Positions 19,482-29,570 are shown, numbered from the stretch's first letter. The stretch is DNA of 64,000 bases from Acidobacteriota bacterium (GCA_036507075.1 DASXQR010000083.1:128001-192000), one strand, 5' to 3'. Program-made: numbers and translations. Notes: a model not told the origin generated them from the sequence alone.

Positions 19482-20201
19482 CTACCGCCCGCCCTCGGAA
19501 ATCTCCTGATCCAGATCGATCAGTGCCTGTATCAGTCTCCGCCTCACCGCTGTCGCAAATGGATTCTGGGATTCCAAGTCAAAAAAAAGTTCCAAAGAAT
19601 CATTCTGCAATGAGTAGAGAAGCTCGAAAAATTTTTCGGGCCCGGGCGTCGAGATTTCACGCCGATTCAGACCGGCGTTTTCAATGGCTCGCGAAATAAG
19701 ATGGAACACAGCTTGTGTTTCCGCCATTTCGCGATCGTGCTCTTCCGGGGTGGTCTCGATCACAATCAGGCCGATGCTTTGCAGATAATCACGCACCGGA
19801 GCTATTCGATTTCCGCGCACCGGGCAGAGCGCGATCTTCAAGCCTCGAATTCCACCCTTGCCGCTGTCCGGGCCGAAAAGCGGGTGTGATCCGAGGACAT
19901 CCACAAAGTCGGGCAGCCGGTCCATCAGCGATGACAGTGGTCGGACCTTGACCGAACAAGTGTCAATTATCAGTTGTCCCGGACGCAGAAGTGGAGCGAT
20001 CTGCTCGCAGACTTTCGACACTTTCCGAATCGGGACGCTGAGAATCAGCACATCCGCGGCCACGGTTTCTTCCAGCGTGGATCCGCCTGCGACTGCCGGA
20101 TCGTACCAGTGGAGGCTGAAATCAGACGACAGGTAATCGACCACCATCGATCCAAAACGCCCTTTACCCAGGACTCCAATGGAACAGCGGGGTTTCTTCA
20201 T
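19482..20201 (-). CDS. tyrA: Prephenate dehydrogenase
   Basis: Rossmann 'GKGRFG', 'DTCSVK', 'SHPLFGP', 'EEHDREMA'. Confidence 0.88.
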   Translation of the reverse strand: MKKPRCSIGVLGKGRFGSMVVDYLSSDFSLHWYDPAVAGGSTLEETVAADVLILSVPIRKVSKVCEQIAPLLRPGQLIIDTCSVKVRPLSSLMDRLPDFVDVLGSHPLFGPDSGKGGIRGLKIALCPVRGNRIAPVRDYLQSIGLIVIETTPEEHDREMAETQAVFHLISRAIENAGLNRREISTPGPEKFFELLYSLQNDSLELFFDLESQNPFATAVRRRLIQALIDLDQEISEGGR

Positions 20202-20340
20202 GCAAAATCAAGTCTCGAACTTGACAATTCAAAGATTCAAAATTGAATTCGGAGCTCGAAACGCGGAATTGTAATTCGAAAATTCTTATTGAGCCTAACC
20301 GCGATGGCGGCCGATAGGCAAATTCTTTATCATCATTATC

Positions 20341-20979
20341 ATGCCGAATTCCATGCAATGCCGGCTTTCACGTGAGAGCGCCTTTCCCGGCCTGTTGTTT
20401 CGCGAGTCTCCATCTTCGGCCTTGATCGAACGCTATTGGGACGGGAGACAGGCTGGTCCTGAAATGGCCACCACGATTCACGCTGCCTGGAATTCAGAAC
20501 ATCTCTATTTCCAGTTCTCAGCGCCTTACACGGAGCTGTACGTAAACGAAGACTGGTCAAACGACCGCAGCACTTACGGACTCTGGGAGAGAGATGTGGT
20601 GGAAGTTTTTCTCAGGCCTGATATTTCTTCCGTTTATTTTGAATTCGAAGTCAGCCCGCTGGCACAGTGGCTGGATGTGCTGATTCGGGAACCAAGAAAA
20701 GATGTTGATTTTTCGTGGGCGTCGGGGATGAAGGTTCAATGCGAGCTCGATAGTGCAAAGAGACAGTGGATTTCCCGGCTGACCGTTCCGCTCGCGCCCA
20801 TGCGAAACGCTCTGAAAACAGATCTGGTCTTGAAGGCGGGGGTGATCTGGAGAGCGAACCTGTTTCGCGTCTCCGGGGCGGAACCGGCGCGCCACTACCT
20901 TGCCTGGCAGCCGACCTTTACCCCCGCGCCCGATTTTCACGTGCCTTCGGCCTTTGGAAATCTCATCTTCGTGGAGTGA
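20341..20979 (+). CDS. Carbohydrate-binding family 9-like (DOMON/CBM9) protein
   Basis: 'LWERDVVEVF', 'YFEFEVSP', 'WRANLFR', 'AWQPT...DFHVP'. Confidence 0.75.
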   Translation: MPNSMQCRLSRESAFPGLLFRESPSSALIERYWDGRQAGPEMATTIHAAWNSEHLYFQFSAPYTELYVNEDWSNDRSTYGLWERDVVEVFLRPDISSVYFEFEVSPLAQWLDVLIREPRKDVDFSWASGMKVQCELDSAKRQWISRLTVPLAPMRNALKTDLVLKAGVIWRANLFRVSGAEPARHYLAWQPTFTPAPDFHVPSAFGNLIFVE

Positions 20980-21019
20980 CTTCTCGATCCATTTGGATAC
21001 CCGGATGCAAGAGCCGAGC

Positions 21020-21066
21020 TTTGTGTCTTGGGGGTTCATTCTTTTTTCACCACCAAGACACCAGGC
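21020..21066. repeat. Inside-out 9-mer palindrome (CACCACCAAGACAC family)
   Basis: ctttgtgtcttgggg ... tttcaccaccaagacaccagg between convergent genes. Confidence 0.65.
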
Positions 21067-21077
21067 TATCTCAACCG

Positions 21078-22586
21078 TCACTGGCTGCTCCCCACCGACA
21101 CCTTGTTCTCAAACGCCGTCATGCGCCAGTTACTCAAATCCACCAGGGCAACGCGCAGCATGTATTCACCCGGCGGCGCCAGTACCTTGCCGTTGTATAC
21201 GATCATCCTTCCCGCCTGGATGTCCGTGCGCGACAGATTCACATCAATGAAGTCCCGCACGCGGCTGATCTCCTTTCCATGGCTGTCGACCAGCACGCCA
21301 ATGATGCCCAATTGAGTCCGCACCTGTTTCAGCGAAAATCCCGCAAGAGAATACGGACTCACCAGGAGACGAAAGGGAAGCCCTTGCAACGCTCCGGAAG
21401 ACTTCATCGGCAGCAGATCCAGCTCTCCGCCAATCTCGTGGAATGTGGTGTGAAGGTCCAATGGCAGCGAGCTCAGGCGTGAATTCTTGAAGAGGGCTGA
21501 AACGAAATGCTTCTTCGTGCGCAGGCGCTCCGGCAGATTCGCGAATACTCCCTGCACCTGATAATCAGGACGATTTGTGACTACCTGGATGTTTCTTGCC
21601 AGACGCTCCGCATACGGATCTGAAGTTATGAAACCCAACGTGTAAAGGCTTCCGAAAAGAGAGGCGTTGATTTCCGCCAGTGTTCCTTCGAAATCTATGA
21701 TCGATTCAAAGGATTCAAAGCTGCGGCCGCCGGAGCGCTCCGCCAGCGAGGAATACGCAGCATGCTGGCGATCGAGCTCGTCCTTCAGAGGCGATGGCGT
21801 TTCTTCGGCCGGGACGGACTGCACCGACGGAACCCAGACAGTAAAAATGGTTACATTATTCTGCAGTGCGGTTTTCAACGCAGGGTCCGCCGATTTCACA
21901 TCCGGATCCTCGCCGTCGGAGATGATGACCACAATGCGCCGCTTTCCGTCACGGCGTTTCCCCAGATTCCGGGACAGCTCCGACAGTGACGCATAAAGAT
22001 TGCTCCGGCCCGAAATATCCTTGTGGGCTTGCTGAAACCCCCGGGAGAGCTGCGCCGGATTGGCGGTGAAATCCTGGAACCGCGCCAACTTGTCGGAAAA
22101 GCCATAGACGGCGACTTCGGTCCCGAGCGGCACGTTTCGCAAAAAGCTTTCCGCGGCCGCAATTTCCTCGGCGCGCGTGCCGTAGGTGCTGCCGCTGACG
22201 TCCAACAAAAAAGTGAGCGCGACCGGGATATTTGCGCCGCCTTTTCCGGGTGGTTCAAAAAATGTGATCGCCTGCTTGACCCCTTCCTCGTAAAGCGTGA
22301 AGTCGGATTGCCGCAGCGCATTTACAAAACGGCCTTCGCCGTCTTTGACGGAAAAACGAACCGTGACCAGATTGACATCCACTCGGAATTGGGGCGGTTC
22401 CTGGGGTTTTTCCGGTTGTTGCGGCTGCGGTGACTGATGCGGCGGTGACTGATCCGATTGCGCAGGCTTTTCCTGCGCACTCCGGGCCACAATGCGGCTG
22501 CCCGGAACCCACGCGTGCACAATGAGGAGAAAAAGCGGAAGGGAGAATCGAATCTTCAAAGCACTCATCCGTCTACCTTGGGTCAT
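21078..22586 (-). CDS. Exported VWA-domain protein (Acidobacteria-type) with C-terminal beta domain
   Basis: Signal peptide, Pro/Gln linker, 'FRVDVNLV', MIDAS 'DVSGS' and 'SDGE'; start 22586 or 22568 uncertain. Confidence 0.85.
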   Translation of the reverse strand: MTQGRRMSALKIRFSLPLFLLIVHAWVPGSRIVARSAQEKPAQSDQSPPHQSPQPQQPEKPQEPPQFRVDVNLVTVRFSVKDGEGRFVNALRQSDFTLYEEGVKQAITFFEPPGKGGANIPVALTFLLDVSGSTYGTRAEEIAAAESFLRNVPLGTEVAVYGFSDKLARFQDFTANPAQLSRGFQQAHKDISGRSNLYASLSELSRNLGKRRDGKRRIVVIISDGEDPDVKSADPALKTALQNNVTIFTVWVPSVQSVPAEETPSPLKDELDRQHAAYSSLAERSGGRSFESFESIIDFEGTLAEINASLFGSLYTLGFITSDPYAERLARNIQVVTNRPDYQVQGVFANLPERLRTKKHFVSALFKNSRLSSLPLDLHTTFHEIGGELDLLPMKSSGALQGLPFRLLVSPYSLAGFSLKQVRTQLGIIGVLVDSHGKEISRVRDFIDVNLSRTDIQAGRMIVYNGKVLAPPGEYMLRVALVDLSNWRMTAFENKVSVGSSQ

Positions 22587-22740
22587 CGTAATACAACGAC
22601 CGGGCTTGGACGTGAGAAAAAAAATCAGTACCGCGACCATAAGCCCGGATTATTCATAAACTGGACAACGAACTGCAACCCCAACCATGCCTGCAAGAGC
22701 GTGGTGCTTATATCTGCCGGCTGCCGATTCGTCACAGTGC

Positions 22741-22834
22741 TTTCACCGCAGAGTCGCCGAGATCGCCGAGGTCTCGCAGAGTTGCAGTCCAGACTCTGCG
22801 AAATCTCAGCGTACTCTGCGCCTCGGCGGTGAAA
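22741..22834. repeat. Palindromic 9-mer element (CGCCGAG / CGCAGAG family)
   Basis: tttcaccgcagagtcgccgag ... ctctgcgcctcggcggtgaaa; sister copy at 53126-53216. Confidence 0.85.
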
Positions 22835-22924
22835 TGCTTTTGTGGCCGGCTTCCAGGTTCTTGCCCCGGTGGCGTCGATTTTTTTCACGTCGGCTTCTGG
22901 TATGATCACGCCAAAAGGCTGTCT

Positions 22925-23269
22925 ATGGATAACTGTCTCTTCTGCAAAATCTCCACCAAGGAAATTCAAGCAAAGTTGGCTTACGAAGATGAACGGGTAG
23001 TGGCCTTTTACGACATCAACCCGCAGGCGCCTACGCATATTCTGGTGGTCCCGCGAAAACACATCGCGTCACTCCACGATTGTACCGAAGATGACGCCGC
23101 CCTGATGGGACATGCTTTGATAGTCGCGAAAAACCTGGCGGAGAAGCAAAAGCTGAGCGGTTCGGGTTACCGGGTGGTCCTGAACACCGGGCAGGGGGCG
23201 GGACAAAGCGTGTTTCACATACACTTTCACCTGCTCGGAGGCCGCAGCTTCAAGTGGCCGCCGGGGTAA
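22925..23269 (+). CDS. Histidine triad nucleotide-binding protein (Hint branch)
   Basis: 'DNCLFCKI', 'DINPQAPTH', 'GQSVFHIHFHLLGGR', C-terminal WPPG. Confidence 0.93.
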   Translation: MDNCLFCKISTKEIQAKLAYEDERVVAFYDINPQAPTHILVVPRKHIASLHDCTEDDAALMGHALIVAKNLAEKQKLSGSGYRVVLNTGQGAGQSVFHIHFHLLGGRSFKWPPG

Positions 23270-23336
23270 TGCTTGTACTCACAGAGCAGCGTCCCGTAGG
23301 GGCGTGGCGGCAATCACGTAAGTCATCTCGCCTTAA

Positions 23337-23453
23337 CAGTACCGCGGTGCGTGAGCCCGCGGCGCGCGCATCACGGTGATCTGATCGATTGGAGCGCCGC
23401 TTATCCTCAGGCCGATCGATGCGTGCGCCGCGGGCTCACGCACCGCGGTACTG
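23337..23453. repeat. REP/REPIN-like inverted pair
   Basis: 36 nt arms 23337-23372 and 23418-23453 (35/36 complementary); each arm has an internal ccgcgg hairpin; between convergent HIT and prmC. Confidence 0.8.
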
Positions 23454-23487
23454 ATCGGGAGGGTCCTGCACACTCTCTGGGCGGCGT

Positions 23488-24342
23488 TTATCGCAGCCGG
23501 GCCACCAAGCATCGCGGGATTCCATTCAGGTCAGGGTACACGTACAGGTCGCCCCAGCGCGCACCGAAAAGTGACTGCACCGCGTCTTGCTGACCATACC
23601 CGATCTCCAGGATCAGCCATCCGGCCCCCGCCAGTCGCCCTTCGGCCAGCGGCACGATGCGCTTAAAGAAGGAAATCCCTTTATCGGGGGCGAACACGGC
23701 CAGGGCGGGTTCGTGCTCCCGCACATCCTCGGCGACGCGAGGATCCAATTGGGAAACGTACGGCGGATTGGAAAAGATTGCGTCCAGCGGCGCAGCGGTT
23801 TCGGGCAGCAGGTCCGTCTCGACGAATTTGATCCTTTCCAACACTCCGTGTGCGCAGGCATTCTCCCGCGCAATCCGCAACGCCGCAGCCGATGCGTCCG
23901 TTGCCAGTACGAAAGCGGATGGAATCTCTGCTGCCAGGGAAACCGCAATACAGCCGCTGCCGGTGCCGATATCAGCCAGCCTGCAGGATTCTCGTCTTGG
24001 TGTCTCTTGCGCCTGGAAAATCGCGATGCCTTTCTCCACCAGCAGTTCCGTTTCAGGCCGCGGGATCAGCACGGCAGAGGAGACGACAAATTCGCGCCCG
24101 TAGAACTCTCTTCGTCCGGTAATGTAGGCCAGCGGTGTTCGGGATGCGCGCCGTTGCACCCAATCAAGAAACTTCTCGCGATCCTGATCCTGCAACTGAA
24201 AATCATAATGAGTCAGGATCCAGGTCAAGTCCCGGTCCAGAATCCTGGAAAGAAGAAGGCGCGCATCAAGCTGCGCGTCCTGGATGCCGGCCGTCTTGAG
24301 CTTTGAGCCGGCCTGGCGAAGCAGTTCCTGAATGGTGGCCAT
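23488..24342 (-). CDS. prmC: Release factor glutamine methyltransferase
   Basis: 'VLIPRPETE', 'DIGTGSGCIA', 'SNPPY'; follows prfA. Confidence 0.95.
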   Translation of the reverse strand: MATIQELLRQAGSKLKTAGIQDAQLDARLLLSRILDRDLTWILTHYDFQLQDQDREKFLDWVQRRASRTPLAYITGRREFYGREFVVSSAVLIPRPETELLVEKGIAIFQAQETPRRESCRLADIGTGSGCIAVSLAAEIPSAFVLATDASAAALRIARENACAHGVLERIKFVETDLLPETAAPLDAIFSNPPYVSQLDPRVAEDVREHEPALAVFAPDKGISFFKRIVPLAEGRLAGAGWLILEIGYGQQDAVQSLFGARWGDLYVYPDLNGIPRCLVARLR

Positions 24343-24345
24343 CGG

Positions 24346-24570
24346 TCGCTAGTCCGGATTATCCAAAAACTTCACCGCGAAGAGCGCTAAGAACGCCAAG
24401 ATAGCGCGGGGTAACGGCCTGGAGCTCAAAGCATGAAGGCCAACGCAAAAAGAAATGACATGCAATCCTTAATTAGCCTTCATGCTTTGAGCTCCAGGCC
24501 GTTACCCCGCGCTATCTTGGCGTTCTTAGCGCTCTTCGCGGTGAAGTTTTTGGATAATCCGGACTAGCGA
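24346..24570. mobile_element. Long-palindrome MITE-like element, copy 2: perfect 95 bp inverted arms with a 35 nt loop
   Basis: 24346-24440 is the exact reverse complement of 24476-24570; fills the prfA-prmC gap. Confidence 0.85.
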
Positions 24571-24582
24571 TCGATGACCAGG

Positions 24583-25656
24583 TCACGCCACCACGGAGTT
24601 CTTGAGTTTCTCGGCTTGGAAATGCGCAACCACGGAATCGATCACTTCACCCAGGTCGCCCTCCATAATGGAATCGAGCCGGTGGAGTGTCAGGCCGATG
24701 CGGTGGTCGGTAAGCCGGTTCTGAGGAAAATTGTAGGTGCGGACTTTTTCACTGCGATCACCGGTGCCTACCTGAGACCTGCGGTTCTGAGCGATCTCGT
24801 TTTGCTGTTCGAAAAGCGCGCGCTCATAAAGACGGGAGCGTAAAACTCGCATCGCCTTGGCTCGATTTTTGATCTGAGATTTCTCGTCCTGGCAGGAAAC
24901 CACCTCGCCGGTGGGAATGTGCGTGATCCGAACCGCCGAATACGTTGTGTTGACCGACTGCCCTCCGGGACCGGAGGAACAAAACGTGTCAATCCGGATG
25001 TCCTTGGGGTTGATCTCGATTTCCACTTCGTCGGCTTCAGGCAAGACGGCAACCGTCACCGCCGATGTGTGCACGCGGCCGCTTGCTTCCGTCTGCGGCA
25101 CCCGTTGCACGCGATGCACCCCGCTTTCATACTTCAGCTTACTGTAAACCCCGGAGCCCTCGATCATGGCGATTACTTCCTTAAGTCCGCCTACGCCCGA
25201 GAAGTGCGATGAAAGAACGTCTACTTTCCAGCGCTGGCGCTCGGCGTAACGGCTGTACATGCGAAACACCTCCTGGGCGAAGAGCGATGCCTCATCTCCC
25301 CCGGTTCCCGCGCGAATCTCCAGGATCACATTCTTTGCGTCGTTGGGATCCCTGGGAATTAAAAGTTGCTTCAATTCTTCAGAGCAGCGTTCCAATTGCT
25401 GCTCCAGAGAGGAAAGTTCCTCTTTAGCCAGGGCCAGCATTTCCGGGTCGTTTTCCTGGGCGATCAGGTCCCGCGTTTCGCGAACGCCGGCCTCGAGTCC
25501 CCTGTACTGATCGTGCTTTTCCACGATCTCTTCCGATTCGCGGAAAGACTTCATCAGCTTCTGATATTTTTCAGGATCCGAAACGACGGCGGGGTCGCTT
25601 AACTGGCGGGAAAGCTCCTCATGTTTCTTTCGTATCTCTTCCAGCCGATCGAACAT
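24583..25656 (-). CDS. prfA: Peptide chain release factor 1
   Basis: 'GPGGQSVN' GGQ motif, PxT motif 'PQT', '[11 protein letters not shown]'. Confidence 0.97.
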   Translation of the reverse strand: MFDRLEEIRKKHEELSRQLSDPAVVSDPEKYQKLMKSFRESEEIVEKHDQYRGLEAGVRETRDLIAQENDPEMLALAKEELSSLEQQLERCSEELKQLLIPRDPNDAKNVILEIRAGTGGDEASLFAQEVFRMYSRYAERQRWKVDVLSSHFSGVGGLKEVIAMIEGSGVYSKLKYESGVHRVQRVPQTEASGRVHTSAVTVAVLPEADEVEIEINPKDIRIDTFCSSGPGGQSVNTTYSAVRITHIPTGEVVSCQDEKSQIKNRAKAMRVLRSRLYERALFEQQNEIAQNRRSQVGTGDRSEKVRTYNFPQNRLTDHRIGLTLHRLDSIMEGDLGEVIDSVVAHFQAEKLKNSVVA

Positions 25657-25659
25657 GGC

Positions 25660-26577
25660 TTACGCTGCCTGAGTCTTTAACTCGCGCTCTATGCCGAGCG
25701 CCTGTTCCAGCGAATACAGGGCCACCTGGAGCTGGTCGTCTGAAGGCTCCTGTGTGGTTATCAACTGCAGCCACAGCCCCGGTTTCATCAGGGGTCTCCA
25801 GAACAAGTTGTTCGGTTTCCTGGCTGAAAGCCGGATCAGCTCATAGGACAAACCTGATACCAGCGGCATCAGCACGATGCGGGAAAGCAACAGCGGGACA
25901 AAGCTTTTCCATTTGAAAAGCGTGAACACGAAAATGCTGACCAGCATGACAAACATAAGAAAACTGGTGCCGCATCGCGGATGCAGGCGCGTGAAGCGGC
26001 GCGCGTTTTCCACCGTCAGATCGGTTCCCGCCTCCCAGTTATGAACCACCTTGTGTTCGGCGCCGTGGTACTGGAAGATCCGGTGTATGTCTTTCATGCG
26101 GGAGATGAACACCAGGTAGGCCAAAAAAATGACCACCCGGATCAAGCCGTCCACACAATTAAACAGGATCCAGTTTTTCAGCAGTGGAAAGATGGAGGCC
26201 CCGATCCTGGTCAGGTACAACGGCACAAACAGGAACAACCCCACGCCGAAGACGAGCGCCACCACGAATGAGGCCACAAGAGCGAGCCGCTGCTTCCAAT
26301 TCTGTTCTTCGTGCGACGCGCTGTGGGGCTCATCGAGAGCCGCCGCCGCGGAAAAATTCAACGCCCGGACGCCCAGCATCATGGCATGCACCAGCACCAC
26401 GAATCCGCGCAGCACGGGCCAGCGGAGCCAGCGCTTCCAGGGAGCCATTTCCAGTTTTTCCTTGAGCACAGCCAGCTCACCGGATGGCTTGCGCACTGCC
26501 ACGGCAAAGGCATTGGGAGTGCGCATCATAACCCCCTCGATAACTGCCTGGCCCCCGACTAAAACATTCTCTTCCAC
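25660..26577 (-). CDS. DUF1385-family membrane protein
   Basis: Start GTG 26577; 'GGQAVIEGVMM', 'YHGAEHK', 'HPRCGTSF'; usual position between rpmE and prfA. Confidence 0.9.
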   Translation of the reverse strand: MEENVLVGGQAVIEGVMMRTPNAFAVAVRKPSGELAVLKEKLEMAPWKRWLRWPVLRGFVVLVHAMMLGVRALNFSAAAALDEPHSASHEEQNWKQRLALVASFVVALVFGVGLFLFVPLYLTRIGASIFPLLKNWILFNCVDGLIRVVIFLAYLVFISRMKDIHRIFQYHGAEHKVVHNWEAGTDLTVENARRFTRLHPRCGTSFLMFVMLVSIFVFTLFKWKSFVPLLLSRIVLMPLVSGLSYELIRLSARKPNNLFWRPLMKPGLWLQLITTQEPSDDQLQVALYSLEQALGIERELKTQAA

Positions 26578-26579
26578 GG

Positions 26580-26792
26580 TTACTTGCCCTTCTTTGCGTA
26601 TTTCTTCTGGAATCGCTCCACGCGGCCGGCCGTATCGATTAGTTTCTGTTTCCCGGTGAAAAAGGGATGGCAACTGGAGCAGATTTCCAGACGGATTTCC
26701 TGGCCCGGCTTGGTGGACCGCGTTTCCCACTCATGGCCGCAGGCACAGTGAACGTGTACCGGATGATAGTCGGGATGAATCGCTTCTTTCAT
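26580..26792 (-). CDS. rpmE: 50S ribosomal protein L31, zinc-binding form
   Basis: 'MKEAIHPDY', CxC and CxxC, 'HPFFTG', 'GRVERF'. Confidence 0.97.
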   Translation of the reverse strand: MKEAIHPDYHPVHVHCACGHEWETRSTKPGQEIRLEICSSCHPFFTGKQKLIDTAGRVERFQKKYAKKGK

Positions 26793-26860
26793 AGTGCTTT
26801 TGACCTCGAAACAAAACGTTTAGTTTACCACCGGCCCTGCTATCGAGGAAAGGACTCGTA

Positions 26861-26921
26861 TCGAGCCATCTAAAATGTAACCCAAGAAGGTATCGTCGAG
26901 CCATTTAAGATGTAACCCAAG
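26861..26921 (+). repeat. Tandem 26 bp direct repeats, probable IS left end
   Basis: tcgagccatctaaaatgtaacccaag (26861-26886) vs tcgagccatttaagatgtaacccaag (26896-26921), 24/26 identical, just upstream of the transposase remnant. Confidence 0.75.
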
Positions 26922-26946
26922 CGAAACGACATTGGAGGGTTACGTT

Positions 26947-27265
26947 ATGGGTGGCGATCCCAAGTGGGAATACTTGGTTGCGATCTACCAGCGATACCAG
27001 GAAGCGAAGCGAGGGCGCAAGGGAGCGATTCTGGATGAGTTGTGTGCCAATACTGGATATAACCGCAAGTACGCGATACGCAAACTCAACGGTTCTGCTC
27101 CGCGCAGGCAGGTGAGACGTGGCGGCAAGCGCAAACCTCTGTATGGGTCGCAGGTAATCGAGATTTTAACGGCCGTGTGGGAGACGGCCGGTATCCCTGG
27201 TCGGTCAAGCTGAAGACGCTGTTGCCGCTTTGGATGCCATGGATCCGAAAGCGATTTAAATTTAG
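26947..27265 (+). pseudogene. Truncated, frameshifted transposase N-terminus (integrase-core IS type)
   Basis: 'EYLVAIYQRYQEAKRGRKGAILDELCANTGYNRKYAIRKL' N-terminal pattern; continues as 'YPWSVKLKTLLPLWMPW' after a 1 nt shift near 27191; no catalytic domain. Confidence 0.75.
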
Positions 27266-27488
27266 TGCCGGCGTGCTGTGCCTCTGTGGTGAAGTCTTTT
27301 CTCGAAGGGCAGCATACACACAGATGGGAAAACGCCGGCTCAGTTTCACGTGCATGCCCCACAGCCGGGTAATCCATGGGTGCTTTCGGGCCGTTCAACC
27401 CGCGTGGGAGCACCGACTTACACCGGTTTTGAATGCCAGCGCCGGTGCCCGTCCGAGAAACCCGTGCAAGTTTGATGAAATCCTTACC

Positions 27489-27518
27489 TTGACAAAATTT
27501 TGGCGCATCGGTTAACTT
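27489..27518 (+). promoter_or_regulatory. Candidate sigma70 promoter of rpsA
   Basis: TTGACA at 27489-27494, then ttaact/taactt 17-18 nt downstream. Confidence 0.55.
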
Positions 27519-27547
27519 TACTTCTTTAAATACCAGTTAAGGAATGC

Positions 27548-27681
27548 TCCAGTTTGTTGTCAGGACCCAAATATCGGTCTCCCATCCCGGCTCGGGGAAA
27601 TACCCGATCTAGCAAAGCTCCGCTTGGATTCGGATTTGCCCCCGACGATGCCAACCGTCCCGGCAACAGTCCCACGCTGGA
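27548..27681 (+). ncRNA. Candidate structured 5' leader of rpsA
   Basis: Closing stem tgttgtcaggac/gtcccggcaaca enclosing atcggt/ccgat and gcaaa/tttgc stems within a ~210 nt UTR. Confidence 0.4.
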
Positions 27682-27732
27682 AACAACCTTAGAAATCAAA
27701 AAAAAGAAATCACATTAGGAGGATTGTTTTAA

Positions 27733-29550
27733 ATGCCGTTTGCAGACGCTTCATCGACAACCAACAAAGGAGGACGGGGCAAGGGCTCCTACAAGGGGTC
27801 TCGATCCACATTCCGTCCCATCCACGTCGCGCCTCCCGTTTTTGACGTCGATGAAAAGGAATCTTACGAAGATCTTCTGAAAGCCTACGACTCGACTTTC
27901 AAGAATTACTCGGAAGGCCAGGTCGTGAAGGGAGTGGTTCTGAGTGTCACCAATTCAGACGTGATCGTAGACGTAGGATTCAAGTCTGAAGGCATCATCA
28001 ACCTGGACGAGTTCCGCGATGAATCAGGCCGCGTGAATGTTCAACCGGGCGACGCCATCGAAGTTCTACTGGAAACGACTGAAAACCGCGACGGTTATGT
28101 CGTGCTTTCCCGCGAGAAAGCGGAAAAGATGAAAATCTGGGACGACATCGAGCGCGCCTACAATGAACAGAGCATCATTACCGGACGCGTCATCGAGCGT
28201 ATCAAAGGCGGCCTGGCGGTTGACATCGGCATTCGGGCTTTTCTGCCGGGGTCGCAGGTCGATCTGCATCCGGTGCGAAACCTCGACAGCCTGCGCGGCG
28301 AGCAACTTCAGATGAAGGTGATCAAGGTAAACAAACGCCGCGGCAATATTGTGCTCTCGCGCAAGATCGTCCTGGAAGAGCAAAGCCTGCGCGCAAAATC
28401 CGAGACGCTGAAGGTTCTCGAAGAGGGAATGGTGGCGGAAGGTATCGTAAAGAACCTGACCGACTACGGTGCTTTCATCGACCTTGGCGGAATTGACGGG
28501 TTGCTCCATATCACAGACATGTCCTGGGGGCGGGTTAATCACCCTTCCGAGCTTTTCCAGGTGGGCGACAAAATCCAGGTCAAAGTGCTCAAGTTTGACA
28601 AGGGCGAAGAGAAGGTCTCGCTGGGCTATAAGCAGTTGACCGAGGATCCATGGGAAACGGCGGAGCATCGGTACTTGAAAGGCGCCAAGGTCAACGGAAA
28701 GGTTGTCAGCCTGACCGATTACGGCGCGTTTGTGGAATTGGAGCAGGGTGTCGAAGGTCTGATCCATATCAGTGAGATGACCTGGAACAAACGCATCAAG
28801 CATCCTTCCAAGCTGCTTTCCGTGGGAAGCGAAGTGGAGGCGATCGTGCTCGACATCGATCCTGTTGCACGGCGCATCAGCCTGGGAACCAAGCAGACCG
28901 AACAGAACCCGTGGGAGATCATCAGCGAGAAGTACGCCGTCAATTCGATCATTAGCGGAAAAGTTCGCAATATTACCGACTTCGGCGCCTTCATCGAAGT
29001 GGAGGATGGAGTGGACGGACTGGTTCACATCTCCGACCTGTCCTGGAGCAAGAAGATCAAGCATCCCTCCGAGGTGCTCAAGAAAGGCGATGTAGTCAAC
29101 GCGGTCGTGCTCAACGTCGATGCTGACAACCAGCGGCTTTCCCTGGGCATCAAGCAACTCGAGCCGGACAAGTGGGAAGAGTTCTTTTCACAGCACGAGA
29201 TTGGCGACGTTGTTCCCGGAAAGATCGTCCGGATCACCAATTTTGGAGCGTTCCTGGAACTGGCTCCCGGAGTGGAAGGCCTGTGCCATGTTTCCGAGTT
29301 GGATGACAAGCGCATTGAAAAGGCCGAGGACCATTTTTCCGTAGGCCAGGAACTCGACCTCAAAATCATCAAGATGAATCTTCTCGAGAAGAAGATCGGT
29401 TTGAGCCTGAAAGCTTTAAAAGACGACAGCGGATCCGACGACGATTTCAAGGCCTACATGAGCAGATCTGAATCAGGTTCCAGCACCATGGGCGAACTGG
29501 CCAAAGAGCAGTTGGAAAGCCTTCGCTCCCAGGTCCAGAAGAAAGACTAA
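27733..29550 (+). CDS. rpsA: 30S ribosomal protein S1
   Basis: Six S1 repeats ('DYGAFIDLGGIDGLLH', 'RISLG', 'RLSLGIKQL'); aggagg SD. Confidence 0.97.
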   Translation: MPFADASSTTNKGGRGKGSYKGSRSTFRPIHVAPPVFDVDEKESYEDLLKAYDSTFKNYSEGQVVKGVVLSVTNSDVIVDVGFKSEGIINLDEFRDESGRVNVQPGDAIEVLLETTENRDGYVVLSREKAEKMKIWDDIERAYNEQSIITGRVIERIKGGLAVDIGIRAFLPGSQVDLHPVRNLDSLRGEQLQMKVIKVNKRRGNIVLSRKIVLEEQSLRAKSETLKVLEEGMVAEGIVKNLTDYGAFIDLGGIDGLLHITDMSWGRVNHPSELFQVGDKIQVKVLKFDKGEEKVSLGYKQLTEDPWETAEHRYLKGAKVNGKVVSLTDYGAFVELEQGVEGLIHISEMTWNKRIKHPSKLLSVGSEVEAIVLDIDPVARRISLGTKQTEQNPWEIISEKYAVNSIISGKVRNITDFGAFIEVEDGVDGLVHISDLSWSKKIKHPSEVLKKGDVVNAVVLNVDADNQRLSLGIKQLEPDKWEEFFSQHEIGDVVPGKIVRITNFGAFLELAPGVEGLCHVSELDDKRIEKAEDHFSVGQELDLKIIKMNLLEKKIGLSLKALKDDSGSDDDFKAYMSRSESGSSTMGELAKEQLESLRSQVQKKD

Positions 29551-29570
29551 CGTCCGACTAGGGAGGCACT

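Noticed and set aside
20210..20287. Degenerate aattc/tcgaa heptamer-like tract upstream of tyrA
   Set aside because: Probably a decayed repeat element, but arms could not be defined
27300..27420. Hairpin ggtgctttc...gggagcacc as a possible riboswitch
   Set aside because: No recognisable aptamer core; a single stem only
27600..27640. gcaaagctccg resembling part of a c-di-GMP-I riboswitch
   Set aside because: Upstream GGCAAA/GNRA-stem elements are absent; kept only as part of the rpsA leader candidate
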